Positions 12,314-25,463 of a stretch of 64,000 nucleotides of DNA are shown here, piece after piece. Location of the stretch: positions 12,400,001 through 12,464,000 of the forward strand of contig OZ365118.1 in assembly GCA_977030845.1 (NCBI GenBank), read 5' to 3'. Source of the DNA: Fimbriosthenelais zetlandica. Its lineage: Eukaryota. The notes below the pieces were generated by a model, which worked only from the letters and a program-made list of their open reading frames with translations, searched no databases and was not told the origin of the DNA. A program made the translations under genes and the position numbers. Position 1 is the stretch's first letter. Every line of letters begins with the position of its first letter.

Positions 12314-12570
12314 GTCTATGGTGAGAGGCATGTAAAAGGTCAGCTATGTCTCCCACTGTCTGTGGTGAGAGGCATGTGAAAGGTCAGCTATGTCTCCCAC
12401 TGTCTGTGGTGAGAGGCTTGTAAAAGGTCGGCTATGTCTCCCACTGTCTGTGGTGAGAGGCATGTGAAAGGTCAGCTATGTCTCCCACTGTCTGTGGTGA
12501 GAGGCATGTGAAAGGTTAGCTATGTCTCCCACTTTGTTTGGACAGAGGCATGTCAAAGGCCTGTCTATGA
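12314..12570 (+). repeat. 44-bp tandem array (5 copies plus a partial) derived from the SINE family 2 body
   Basis: Unit GTCTGTGGTGAGAGGCATGTGAAAGGTCAGCTATGTCTCCCACT, starting at 12314, 12358, 12402, 12446 and 12490. Confidence 0.92.
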
Positions 12571-14019
12571 TGAAAGGCATCGTAGAAATCAACCATTGCA
12601 GATCGTAGGGAGATCGTGGGAGATCGTAGCTCAGTGGCTAATGTTCTTATGATAAAAGCCCTGGATGGCATTGCTGGCCGTGGAGGGGTTGAGGGGTCAT
12701 GGTTGTAGTTTTAAATCATCGTCCTATACACCCTACTCACCCCACCCCCTTCCATTCTCACATTGTTTAGTACCTCAGCTCAATCCCCCAGCAATATCTT
12801 ATTTAATCCGATGCGGATAAAAGAAGGGGAGATTAAAGGCCCTCATCCACTGCATATTTATGTCCCCCATCACCAGCCCTTCATCATCCGGGCCTCGGCT
12901 GAAGAAATCCAGCCCCATTGTCAATTTCCCCTCGCTACTGACTTTTAAGTTAAAAATCGACCCACCATTTGAACGAATACAATAACATTGTCATTTCACC
13001 CATGGAAAAAGTACGTTATTCCTTCTCATAAACCCCCCCATTTTTCCCCATAGAAAAACCATTTGTTTTTAGAGTGGTTACAAATATTCTCTAATAAAGC
13101 AAATGTTTTGAGGAAGTTCTTATGGACGTATTTGCGCAAACCGGAGAAAAGATTCAGTGAAGGGAGTAATTGAAGGGAGGAATTATGAGTATAAGTAAGT
13201 TGAAGTTGGAAAGGATCTGAACGTTCACAAAAACAGGGACCTTCAGCCAAAGCCATTGTGAAGGAATTATGCGGTAATTGCTTTCTACATTTCCCATCCA
13301 AAGCGTATAACTGTTTTTCGTTCTGGATGCGAAAGCAAGCTCAGACAATTTGAGAATTTCTTAGATCTATGTTCTCCTTTCTTTTGAATGTTCCCCATCT
13401 AGTACATTGAATGTATATAAGAAATTCCCTCGATCATTCAATTCTAATGGCAATCCTTCAAAGTAACCCAATACCAATACATTAAATAAGATCGGATATA
13501 AAACAATTCAAATATCTTAATAGGAGTATGTGATATCGGTATTGCATTAGAATTCTGTCTACATATATGAAAAGCTGATGTATATGCGAGGTGGCTTAAC
13601 AATCGGAACAATTCACTTAAGATGACAACTGAGTGGAAAAAAACAAACGGATGGCCTAGCATGGGCTTTTTCAAATCTGTCAGTTGCGTTTATGCAATAG
13701 ACAATCTCGCTAAAGACTAATATATATTACTGGGCTCAAGTTATATAGCATATATTTTATCTATGTTATATAGATTAATATTCCTGAGCAGAACATTTTA
13801 ATCCATTAGTAAATGACAATCAATTTCAATCCTAGAGTGGCATCCTTGATGGACTATAATATATAAGTGGAGAAATATATATAGATTTAATGTACATATC
13901 AAAAGTTTGAGTCCATTTGGGACTGGTTGACAGTACCAATCAAGTATACTGGAATAAATGCAGTACTGTACTAAAACGTTTGATGTGTATTTTATATATG
14001 AAATTGAGACAGACTGGGA

Positions 14020-14034
14020 GACAAAGAGAAAGAG

Positions 14035-14091
<57 letters not shown>

Positions 14092-14098
14092 AAGGGAG
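14020..14098 (+). repeat. (GA)n-(GACA)n compound microsatellite
   Basis: Directly visible. Confidence 0.9.
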
Positions 14099-14733
14099 AT
14101 ATGAGAGACTCCAATTCATTTTTTTCTTTACTTACTAGTTTTTCTCATTTACATAGTTATTTTATATCATTCTGACCATCACCCCATCGAATGTTCGAAC
14201 ATTGCGAGACTATTGCAACACATGACACGGATTGAATTGAATGTGAAACCTTCAATAACACCATATACAAGCACCTTTTAACTATAGAATATGAAGCTTT
14301 TACCTCAGTGCTTCACCTCTAAGCCTCGCGCCGTTGAAGTTATTATTGAAGGTTTCGTATTTCAATACACACCCCTCTGGATTAGAATAATACTTTACTG
14401 GCTATAGATCACATATCGGTTTACCCATGTCTTTTATTAGTCCCAGTATTCACCTTTCATCCTAAGGCCTATGCCCTTTGCTCTATGATATTGTGTTTAT
14501 GGCACAACTCCCTTTATTTGCAAATTTCTAAAAGTTGCCATAGGGCGTGGCATTCTGCCGTTGAACAGCAAGGATATAAGGCGTCATATATTGAAGTTCT
14601 CTCAAAAACGAGAGTAGATTTTCCTGTATATATACAGAGGCTTATTTCACTATGTATCGAGGCTTATCCCAGTGTCCTATCTATTATCTATGTGACCAGT
14701 TTGGGACAGAACAGCGTATATTTGTATCTTATA

Positions 14734-14937
14734 AGCGGCGACTCCACTGCTGCGATTTTGCTTGCGACAATACAGCGACTAATTTGATGCTTGTGTTGCA
14801 ATGAAAAATATACCAGTGGAGGACAGACACCCAAGGCTTTGTTGGACAATTTGACCACGATTTATGAATTTCATTGCGACTAGCCTACATTTGTCGCGGT
14901 AGTGCCGCAAGCAAAATCGAAGCAGTGGATCCAGGCT
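14734..14937. mobile_element. MITE family A, copy 2 (204 bp)
   Basis: Same TIRs and length, interior alignable to copy 1, followed by TTA. Confidence 0.85.
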
Positions 14938-14943
14938 TTAGTG

Positions 14944-15089
14944 CTATTCAAACATGTGCTTCTGAACAGACCATTTCACCTAATCACTGACAAAATATGC
15001 CAATATTTCAATATGCCATATTTAGAAATACATTGTATAGGGTATCGGATGGCGAGGGATTGAAGAATCGGATTAGTGTGTTCCAGGCT
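14944..15089 (+). mobile_element. MITE family B, right part, directly after family A copy 2
   Basis: GAACAGACC interior and GAAGAATCGGATTAGTGTGTTCCAGGCT|TTA end. Confidence 0.75.
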
Positions 15090-15811
15090 TTAGTAGAATT
15101 TATGTCACAGAGAGTCGTTTTACAGACTTGCTTTTGAGCATTTCGCGTTCATATCCTGAGCTGTTCGATCTAGTAATCTGGCCATTAATTCCACTGTAAG
15201 TCTTATCTTAATCTAGTTTATATATCAAAGTTTCCCTCCTCCCTGTTCCCCTTTGCACATCCAGCACAGATACGATATCCTTCCGTTCGTCGTTCTGTTT
15301 GTATTTTCAGTTCTTTCCATTTGCCATTAGTTCTAAGGCTTCTTTGTCTGGCAAAGCTTCCATTCACTCAAAGAAGCTTTTTGCCAATGTTCAGAATTTG
15401 CTCTTGAAGTCTGCATTAAAAGGTAAAACGCAACTAGCTTTATTTGTGCATTTGACATCAATTTTGAAGTTCAGTTGTTGTGAACACTCTTAAAATGTCT
15501 TATATAAGAATGGTTTTCAATTTTTTGGACTTTTTTGATTAAAACTAGTTCATTGCATAGTGAGGGATTAATTGGGCTATAAAGTACTGACTATGTATTA
15601 GGCTAAAAATTTAATTATATAATATGTGCACATATGCCCAGAATATTCAAAGAGGAAGGCAATAAATTGCTGGCTTTGCTACGACTAAATGAATCAAACA
15701 GAAAATCGTACGAACCATATCAAATGAAGCTTCCTATATATGCTTTGACACATCAAAAGCACAAATTGTGACCATATATGTCGCCAATAATCATACAAAT
15801 TATTTCCCTAT

Positions 15812-15951
15812 CAGCCGCCATCCGAACCTTCATTTCTAATAAAATCCAATGACTGCAATTTTACTAGTGGTTAGATGCACTCAAATTACCAGCATTTGGT
15901 GTGATTAGAAATATAATTTCGGACAGCTATATAGAGAATGTGCTTCAGGCT
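15812..15951 (-). mobile_element. MITE family B, degraded inverted copy
   Basis: GCCATCCGAA..CATTTCTAAT..AGCATTTGGTGTGA.TAGAAATATA aligns co-linearly with 56720-56900 and ends CAGGCT|TAA. Confidence 0.6.
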
Positions 15952-16337
15952 TAATATTGAAAAAATCACTCCATAATTTTAATGATCATGTGTAGAAATA
16001 ATTTTTGTGACACTGTATATTTTAAGTTCCGCTCCATCCTATTAGCTACTGCCCATTATGGGAATTAAAGTTGGACATCACAGAAGTCGAAGGACCTTTG
16101 TCGTCGTATAGAAGACAAAGGTCATGCTAAGTATATATATGACACGGATCTCCAGGGCATGGCTGATTGGCTTCTAGAGGTCAGATGGCACGGCTTCCAT
16201 TGACAGAAGCCACATAAATAGATGCTCCCGTCCTTAGGGGAATCCCTTATTGGCTGATAGCCCTTAAGGGACCATAAGAGGGCTTCGGGACTACCAGGAT
16301 TAGATACATAAGTTACACTGGTTTCTCCGAAACTAGA

Positions 16338-16536
16338 AGCCTGGAGCACACTAATCCGATTCTCTATCCAGCTCCATCTGATAGCTGTCCGAAACTATAT
16401 TTCTATTCACACCAAATGCTTTGAATTTGAACAGACCTTTACACCTTTAACCATTGACACAATTTCAGTGGATGCCATTAGAAAAGGGGGTTCAGATGGC
16501 GACGGATTGGAGAATCAGATTAGTGTGTTCCAGGCT
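16338..16536 (+). mobile_element. Harbinger-type MITE family B, full copy
   Basis: TIR AGCCTGGAGCACACTAATCCGATTCTC / GAGAATCAGATTAGTGTGTTCCAGGCT, followed by TTA. Confidence 0.85.
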
Positions 16537-18020
16537 TTATGGTTGGTTTCACTGGGTTGATTTGGCTACCACGGGCATTGAGCTGCTTAAGTTTGAAGAT
16601 ATATCACTTGATTCGAGGCAAAAGCCCCACACATTTTGAATGTGGCTAGTGTCAAAGAAACCTTAAGCCACCAGTCAGTTGTATTGGTTTCTCCTAATAA
16701 GTTTAGGTCTGTTTCCACCCAGCCGATTAGACCATTGACAGTTTCTATCATAGTCTGATCTTAAAAGATCACTTGAAATAATGGAGTCAAATGCCTAAAA
16801 TTTCCCAGAAGGCTTAAAAGATAAATCTAGAGACATAACAAATCACAAATGAACCAATTATCAAACTATGAGAAAATGGCCTAAACAAGTGGAGCCTGGC
16901 GTTTCAACTATTAAGCATGAAGCCTATATATATACACATGTATGCAGGCCTGAGGGGGGAGGTCGAAGGTAACCCAACCAGAACCATCATGCCTGACTGA
17001 CTGAGCAAATCCCCCATTACCCCTCAGAGCAGCTCACAATCCATCACCGAACCCACGAGTGGCAAGCTTTATACTGAATGAGATGTTCTTGCTCTTATCT
17101 CGTGCTCTTAAAAGGCCCTCCCACACCAAACCGATTGTTCTAATCGATCGAATTTCAATCCAATTTAAATGCCACCTATTGATTTAAATTTGTATCAGTG
17201 GGTTCCTTCAGCTTATTGTAGACTGATGCTAAGATTATACCAAGGGTCCATTGAAATCCGAAATTCAAAATCCATAACTTTTCCATGAGTATCCAAAACC
17301 CAAACATGGCAGTTTCAATAGCTTGCGAAGGGATTTTGGGCAAAGGGAATATATAGATATCATTATTTTATTTTTCACCCATCCTGTGTACCACATTGTT
17401 AGTATCCACTGCTTAATCCCAACTTTCCATAACTTTCTATAAGTCATTTCAAAACTACTAACATTGACATAATTCCATAACTTTCCATAACCACCAAAAA
17501 GATTCCAAATCCATACGAACCTCAAGTTTCGTGAGAAATCGAACGGTCATTCAATGGAGAAATTGGCTTAGTCTGTTAAGGACCTATATATTATAGATCC
17601 ATACATACATAGACAAGCACTCACCATTAAAAGCCCTCATCCCTATAGACCAATCCCAACCTTGACGATCCACTTGTTCATCACAATGGCGAGTTTCTCC
17701 CATTGAAGAAGAGAGATAGCCGAACGGCGATTGATTTGCGATGGATCTGTTACCATAGCAAACAAGGGGGATATGATGGATCGTGGGCCAGCGAGGAGCG
17801 GAGGCAATCGTACCTCGGAGGGTGCAATCGATGATTGTAATATCAGGCGAAGATTGGAAATCGATCGCCAGCTATAGCCGCTTGGAGAGATATGAAAATC
17901 TATATCATTTGAAGTGGTTGGCACCTCGCGATAATGATACAACTTAGCCATGAGGGGGAAGGACCTCTGTGTTTGATAGGAATCTGTCCGTGTCGAACAT
18001 GGGGGAAAGTATCGGGGAAA

Positions 18021-18490
18021 GTGACGTTTATTTCCTGGGAGGAGGGAAGTGGGGGTGTGCGGGAGGGAGGGAGGGGGGATGGAGGTGGAAGGAAGGAGGG
18101 AGTGGGGATGGAGTAAGTAAGGGATAATGGGTGGAAGGGGTGGGGATTGAGGAGTGGATATATAGGAGAGGTAGAGGGTGGGGGACGGAGGGAGAGGGTG
18201 GGGATGAGAATTGGGATGGGGATGCGAATTGGGATGGGGATGCGAATTGGAATGGGGATGCGAATTGGAATGGAGATGCGAACTGGAATGAAGATGCGAA
18301 TTGGGAGGGATGGGGATGAGAATTTGGAGGGGATGGGGATGGAGCGATTGGGGAGAAAAGGTGGGGATGGAGGCATGGAGGCATAGATGGATAGAAGGAC
18401 AGAGATCAGGAGGTGGGATGGGTGAAGGAGGAGGAGGAGGGGGTAGAGAATGGGATGGCGGTGAGGGGGGGGGGGGGGGGGGGTAGAGGG
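18021..18490 (+). repeat. Purine/G-rich tract containing an 18-bp array (AATTGGGATGGGGATGCG), about 5 copies at 18209-18305
   Basis: Directly visible. Source of the NWDGDA and MRIGMG pseudo-ORFs. Confidence 0.85.
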
Positions 18491-19180
18491 CATGGATTGG
18501 GGGTATCTGAGAGACATGATGAAGTAGCCTGGGAGGATGTGTGATGGGGGGTAAGCCTCAGTGAGGCTAGTAGTATAGTGTGGATGGCAATGTCAGGCAC
18601 CGTGGCAGCAATGACAGGAGGTGAATTTGGGAAGGCCTCGGCTTTATTGGGTTCACGGGCGATGGTGTATTTGAACATCAAATAACACCCGTGTCTTACC
18701 AATTCACTGACCCACTTCTATCTATTCTATCTATTCCGACAGATGCACATTACAGTGAGGGGGAGAGAAGGGATTAATTTCCGGGCTTGGCCACGTCGTG
18801 TATACTGCTTCAATATTGCTTCATAAAGTATATATATAATAGTTGATATTTTCAATGATAAATACCCACAGGAACCAATAAAATATCAACTTAATTGATA
18901 TTGTAAAATATTTCTGGGTCAATAGGCTCAATCGGATGTTTTATTAGGTTTTCCGATGCTCATATATGAGCAATATGGTTCATATATGGGAAATATATAT
19001 ATATGGCACATAGCTTGCAATACCCATATATGTATTTGCAAGTGGATTTTCTGATCAAAGGGCAATAATTCAAGGGAAGAATTCCATCATCTATGCCAAC
19101 TGCTGGGCTAATTTACGGTTGATTTGAAGACGACAGCGCGTAGGTCCTTTTTCTGGTCAATTTTCATTCCCTTCCATATC

Positions 19181-19305
19181 ATTTGCCTCATTGAGGTATC
19201 ATGCCGCAGGCACCTGACATGATACCTCATGGGCCCAGTCGCATTATATTAACACCGGGTTGACCAGTCCTAGTACTGTCCTCTTTGTGCTGAGTGCCAT
19301 TTTTT
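19181..19305 (-). mobile_element. SINE family 1, partial inverted copy
   Basis: TGCCTCATTGAGGTATCATG...GACCAGTCCTAGTACTGTCCTCT..TGAGTGCC. Confidence 0.8.
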
Positions 19306-19740
19306 TAGCGATTAAAATCAGCTCCAAATCGGCTACGTGGGTTGGGTTTAATGCATACATACACATACTCCTTTGATGCACATTTTTCTGTATGAAAAAG
19401 CTACACAAAGAGGAGCCAAGGCTGCATGAAAAAATCCTTTTAAATACTAATAGACAAGCAAATAGTGTGTATTAGGAATTACAGGCCTTCACGGCCATAG
19501 CTCAGCTTGGCAGGGAAGAGCCACTATTAAAGCATTTGGCGGCCATTATGGCATCGCATTGCCCAACATCCCCAGATCTCATTACTAGAAGGCACTTGTG
19601 TCACCTGCCAACTCACGTCTAATGGTGCGGAATGTATGTAGATATCGCGTGAATCGAGTGTAGCGTGTTGGCCACTGTACAGGAGGGAGAAACCCTTTCT
19701 TTAGCATCCATCTTAAGGCAAACATGGGTGCCAATATATA

Positions 19741-20183
19741 GATGTGATGTGTTTTCACTAAATGAGTCTCAAGCTACGGAACTGAAAGCTTTGTATATAA
19801 GGTATTTATTTCTTTTAACTTGTTGGCATTAAAAGCAGGTATGATGTTTTGACTATAAATTTTTGTGAGTGAAATTTGTGAGAAATTTGTGAGAAAGGTT
19901 CCCCTTTGTGCGTGTTGTCCCTTCAAGATTTATTCTAGAAAATTGTCTGAAATGGGCATTTGCTCTATTTTTTTCTATCACTACTTTTACTTTGTAAACT
20001 TTTATTAAAAATATCAGTATTTTTAATCTCAATATCAATATATCAATATCAAAATATCAATATTTTTAATCTCCCTGGGCTATACATCATTGGAACGCTC
20101 ATGATCTGTTCTATACGAACATGCAACTCACTCCAAATCCATTTTTGCGACTTTAGATTCATTTAGTGAAAACACGTCACATC
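19741..20183 (+). mobile_element. Non-autonomous TIR element D, copy 1 (443 bp)
   Basis: 33-bp TIR GATGTGAYGTGTTTTCACTAAATGARTCT (30/33 match by eye), TA on both flanks. Confidence 0.85.
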
Positions 20184-20380
20184 TAAACTAAGACGTCTCT
20201 GATGTGCGTCTATGGGTATAGTGGTACATTAGCTTATATCCACACAGACAATGGGAGACAAGATGTGGCTTGTAGAGAGTCGGAGAAAATGGTCTCCCTG
20301 GCTTATAAACCGTCGTCAATGTGAGTGGTGGGTGTTTATGTAGGGAAGGCATGCAGGGCACCAAGCTGTCTTCTCTATTG

Positions 20381-23035
20381 CTCAGTTCCACATCTCTCTC
20401 TCCCTCTCTCTTTCTTACATAACTCTCTCCCATCCTTCTCTTACTCCTCTCTCAGTATACCTAAGACTCTCCAATACTTCTGTCTCTTTCCATCCATTTG
20501 CCTGTTTGCCTGTCTCTACTTCTCTTTCAACAGCATTGTCGCGATAGACTACCATCGTTTTCCCGACTTCCAGTCGCTCCTATCCCTCCCTTTCTGTCTC
20601 CAGACCCTCTCCCATCCGAATCGCCACTAGCTCCAATTCCTTCCCCCTCCGTTTCTCACTCCAGTCTCTCTCAGCCACCCAGACTCTCTCCGTCCTCCTC
20701 TCGGCTTACTCTCTCAGTATCCCTCTCCCCCTTCTCTCTTTCTCCCCCTCTCTCTGTATAACCTTAGAGTAAAATATAACCAAACTTCCCCTCTCCCATC
20801 ATACTTTCGGTCCACTATGATCTCTCACCCTCCCTCTTTCTCTCTGTATAGCCACCCATCCCCTCCCCCGTCCTTTTCTTGGTCTCTCCCCTCTCTCCCT
20901 CTCTCTCAGTATATTATAACCAACCATCCCCTCTCCCATCCCTCTCTCAGCCACTATCTCCCCTTCCCTCTCCCTCTCTCTCTCAGTATAACCACCATCC
21001 CCTCCCCCATCCCTCTCTCTCAGTATAACCACCATCTCCTCTCCCATCCTTCTCTCGGGCACTCTCTCTCATCTCTCCCCCATCCTTCTCTCGGGCACTC
21101 TCTCTCCTCTCTCTCCCCCATCCTTCTCTCTCTCCCTCTCTCTCTCCTCTCTCTCCCCCATCCTTCTCTCTCGCACTCTCTCTCCTCTCTCTCCCCCATC
21201 CTTCTCTCGGCCACTATCTCTCTCTGTACCGCTGCCTATATATGTAACCACAGTGCCGGCTGGGTGGTGGGCTGGATCTCATGTCGGGCGGATCTGTTGA
21301 CCTGGCTTATTACATGGCCGAGTGTGAATGGATATTATGGCGGTAGATCAGAGGGCTGGAGGCGGCCCGGGTCACTCTGCCTCTTTAATAGTGGAGACGC
21401 CATCATTCCCCCATGAACGTTAACTAACGACGCCTTATGGAGGCTCCTATATATAGCCACTATAGGCCCTACAAGTATGGTGCCTCTCCTCTCCTAGTCC
21501 CATTGCACCCTCCCAATCTTCCTCTACGGAGCCCCTACTATTTCCCACTCCCAATAACCCCTTAGACTTTCCCATCTACCCCTCCCTCCCCAACACTACC
21601 TCAGACCCCCCACTCCATTTCTCTCCCACTAACCCCTTAGACTTCCCCCATCTACCCCCGGCATCTATACCCCTCTCTCCCCAGCCAACCTTTTCCTACC
21701 TCTCCCCCTCTCCCGCTCCAACACCCAATGCCTTCCCCGTCCCTTTCCTACTCCTTCCCATCCACCCCTCCCTCCCAACCCATGTTTCCCTCCAATCCAC
21801 CCTTCCCCCAATTCACCAACCCCTTCCCTACCCCTCTCCCCAACTCCCATCCATCCACTCACACACAAAGCCTAAGGGCAGTACCACAATTGAGTCCACC
21901 AACCCACTCTTCATTTATACATATCAACTGCCTTTGCCAGAAATTTCCTATCATACACCCTCGTAACATCCCTGGTCTCGTATCCTTAAGAGTTTTCGCA
22001 AACATTTCTCTTCCTCTTCCCCAAAGGACCGGGGGCGCTTTGGGCCCTTTACAAGAGCCCCAGAGGCAGTGGCTTTTATATCTATTTTAAAGCCTGGTTT
22101 AGCCCTCCTGTCTCCCTTCAGCCCAGCCACTATAGTGACCTACCAGAGTTAGCTCATTGTGTGCAAGCTTCAATGAGCATGTACTGTGAACATAAACCAT
22201 TCTTAAGTGCATAGTGCAAGAGGAGGGAAAAGATATGGAAGGCACTGATAATTCCTCCGGGTGGGGAGGTAGGAGGGAGAAGGGGAGAGAGAGGGGCAAG
22301 ATGTCCACTGCATGGTAGCCAGGGGGGAAGGGAGAGATAAGAAGACTCGGGGTGATCAATCAGGTGGCTAAATGATCTGGATCTGGCACAAGATGGGGTG
22401 GATCGATGGTCCACTTCACCTCTCACTCAAGTAAAGGCTATTATTACGTTTCAATGACAGTCGGCGTCTTTAGCCAACATAGAAAGTCCGTATCTCTACT
22501 CTCTCTCTCACTTCTCTCTCCTCTCACTTCTCTCTCTCCTCTCACTTCCCTCTCTATCTCTCTGTAAACCTATCGTCTCTCTTTCCTCTCTCTCTCTCTA
22601 GCTGTATACTCTCCCTAGACCTCTCTACTCTCCCTTCTTCTCCTTCTCCCATCCCGATCCTCTTATTTCTTAATCTCTCCTCTTTCTCCCCCTTTCCCTC
22701 TATACTCTCTCCCCTCTTCTCTCTCGCTCCTCTGTCAATCTCCTCGTTCTCTTCCGTTGCACTCTCCCACAACTCACTCTACTCTCCTCTTTCAGTTCTC
22801 CTTTCTCCCTATACTCACTCCTCTCATCTCATCCTCTCTCCAGACTATCGACTCCATCTCCATACTCTCTCCACCTTTCCTTCTCAACTCTCTCTCCCTC
22901 TCTCTACCACTCTCGCCCTCTTCCCTACATTGGTCCATCCATGAGGCCTACCCTAACCATCCCCATCTCCCTAGAAGGACGTCCCCCACTCACCCACACA
23001 CTCCATCTTATTCATTTCTCCAAAACCCTTCTCTA
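20381..23035 (+). repeat. Cluster of CT-rich tracts with degenerate 17-40 bp subrepeats (20381-21225, 21481-21870, 22491-23035)
   Basis: Repeated CTCTCAGTATAACCACCATC and CCATCCTTCTCTCGGGCACTCTCTCT units. Confidence 0.8.
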
Positions 23036-23742
23036 TAACAAGAGATTTCTGCTCGAACCATTATCGGTCCTTTATTGTATCTCTCTCCCACCTTTTTCCC
23101 CCACCGACCATGCCTAAAGGATGTTCATCGGGGCATATTGCCTCGATATATCTCTCTCTCCCTATAAGACCTTATCCCTCAGCCTTAGGCGACTTGTCCT
23201 AGTTGACCAACCACCCAGCAAACCAACCACACCCTCCCACTTCCATTGATTCCTCATACACAAATAATTGACCATTAAAGCGTTTAATCCACGAATGTAC
23301 ACGAACCGAGGGAGAGATACTGAAGAGCGGAGGACACCGATGCTTGGTGATATGCCCATTTATCCAGACATCTGAGCTAAATTGCCAAAGCTTGTAACAG
23401 CTCCCCACACTTCCGACCTCTGAGATGGAATTCATCCCATGGAATATGTGAAGAGGAGGGCAGGCGTATAACATGGGCGGGAGAGGTAACCCTGAGGGAG
23501 GGGTCCACAAAGGCTGCCACTCTCTTACCTGTCCGCTTCCCTCAACCTGATTGTCATCCTTCGGTGACTCGTAATCCCCTCAGGGTGGCCCAGCCGGCTA
23601 ACATTTCCCTCAACTTCTCCCGTCTCCAAGTCTCAGAGTTTTAGACGAAAACACTATCAGTAAAGCTAGGCCCGCATTGGAGGCGTCTGAGAAGCAAACG
23701 CATATTGAAAAGCGTCAGTCTGGTCCTACAAGGTGTGTCTTT

Positions 23743-23910
23743 AGCCTGTACTCCACTGCTGGGATTTTCTTGCGACACTATTGCGACAAAGATGATGCTT
23801 GTGTCGCAACGAAATTTATAAACTGTAGTGTAAAAGTCTATGGCCTTAAGGCCGTCCTCCACTGGTGCGTTTTACATTGTGACATCACCTCTGTCGCAGA
23901 AGTGTCGCAA
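23743..23910 (-). mobile_element. MITE family A, copy 3 (inverted, one end truncated)
   Basis: CTCCACTGCTGGGATTTTCTTGCGACAC end, and internal GGCCTTAAGGCCGTCCTCCACTGG, the reverse complement of the copy 1 interior. Confidence 0.75.
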
Positions 23911-23940
23911 TCAACCCCATGCCTCAGGCTCAGAAGGGAG

Positions 23941-24025
23941 GGGAGTTAAGGTCAGTTGGTTAGAGCACCAGATCACACAGGGTTGACCAATGATCGAGGG
24001 TTCGGCAGTTCAATCCCCGGAGCTG
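23941..24025 (+). mobile_element. Degenerate tRNA-like head (probable SINE remnant)
   Basis: A-box-like GTCAGTTGGTTAGAGC at 23951-23966 and B-box-like AGTTCAATCCC at 24007-24017. No cloverleaf. Confidence 0.45.
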
Positions 24026-24951
24026 TACATTTTCACTGCCTTCCTCCTCAGTGTGTTGCTGTTATACATAATTTGTTCTACAGCACATGCACCTAGAAAT
24101 ACCCATTACACAGAAGGCAATGTAACGTAGATAAAAGCCCCCAGCTGAAAATCATACGTAAATTACTCAAGAGTGTGAGCTGGCTTCCCAAATAACATAT
24201 GGCTGTAAATTCTAACTAACTAACTAATAAAAAAGAGAAACGAACTGACGCACGTCTCCGGTGTGTGTGTAACTTTTCTCTGTGTAAGAGACCACTCATT
24301 CTGGGCCGACAGCCATGTCTTCATTACCCACCTCCAGCCCCATCTCGCCGATGCCCTTCTCTTGTCATTTTGTGCCGCGGTGCCTTGAAAAAAATAGAGC
24401 TCTCGGGGAAACGACGTTTGCGGCATGGAAAGAGCGCGAGAGGCAAAGGAGCCTCGGAGGGCGGATTAGTGATCAATACCGGTAGACGGTTAATTGGAAA
24501 TCACTGTATTTATGGTCGGCCAAATGGAGATATATTTGACAAACAGACATGGCTTGACATAGATTATTGGGGGTGTGGTTTGTGTCTGTTCATATGTAAT
24601 CTAAAGCAGCAGCAGCCCCCGGACCTGGGCAACACCCTGGTTGTTTGCATTGTGGATATAGATAGAGGTTATTATATGTGCTCTCTGGTAGATCCTTTTG
24701 GGAATGTTATGATGTATTCAGTAGCAGATGATCTGAGCTGAAAGGAATGTAATTGTCATGATTGTAATAATATCATATAGCCTTTTGATGGAGGTATATA
24801 TTACTTTCTAATTCTCCCAACCTGGGATTGTTTTGGGTTGAGACAATGATATAGATGACTTGCTATACAGGGTGACTTAATAGGCATGTTTTTGGATACA
24901 TTATTACGTATTATTTTACCCAATAAGATGAACTGATTTCAATTGATACAT

Positions 24952-25190
24952 TGCGTGGGTTGCAGAATCAGAATTTGCTTGCAGAAACAAATTCTTTTCA
25001 TTAAAAAAACGGTCTTGGCGCGCAGTTTGCAACCAGAATTTCTGGCCGCCAAATCCTATGTATTTCTATGTGTTGTTGGCGAAAGACATCGCAAAAAAAT
25101 TCGAATGATTTAGCGATGGCGAATCGCCAAACCATACTTGGCGATGTCGAATCACAAAATGAAAGCAAAAATCTATCTGCAACCCAAGCA
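24952..25190. mobile_element. MITE with TGC(G/T)TGGGTTGCAGA termini
   Basis: Left TGCGTGGGTTGCAGAATCAGAATTTGCTT versus right reverse complement TGCTTGGGTTGCAGATAGATTTTTGCTTT. TSD imperfect. Confidence 0.65.
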
Positions 25191-25463
25191 TTATAACATT
25201 ACAAATGCACATTGCTTACTGCAGCATCGTGATTTGTGATGATGAGTAGCGCCTCCTAATCGTTTCTCATTGTGTTCACTAATGGCTCCATTGATTGGGA
25301 CACATCCTCCTGTTTGCACTATCACAATACTAGATAGTCAACTAAATATGACAAATTATTTTATTACATGTCTCTCCTCATTCTCCACCTGCCATCTCCT
25401 CTCAGATCCATTCCCTTCAAATGAATAAAGAAAGGTGTCATTCAGCCTGCACTCCAGCACTTA

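Noticed and set aside
8857-22426. Long ORF-track entries in CT/GA tracts (e.g. 8857-9294, 11515-11907, 17900-18517, 20817-21416)
   Set aside because: Low-complexity L/S/P- or E/R/G-rich translations of microsatellite DNA that lacks stops by composition.
23941-24025. tRNA gene
   Set aside because: Has A/B-box-like motifs but no acceptor stem or cloverleaf. Treated as a SINE head.
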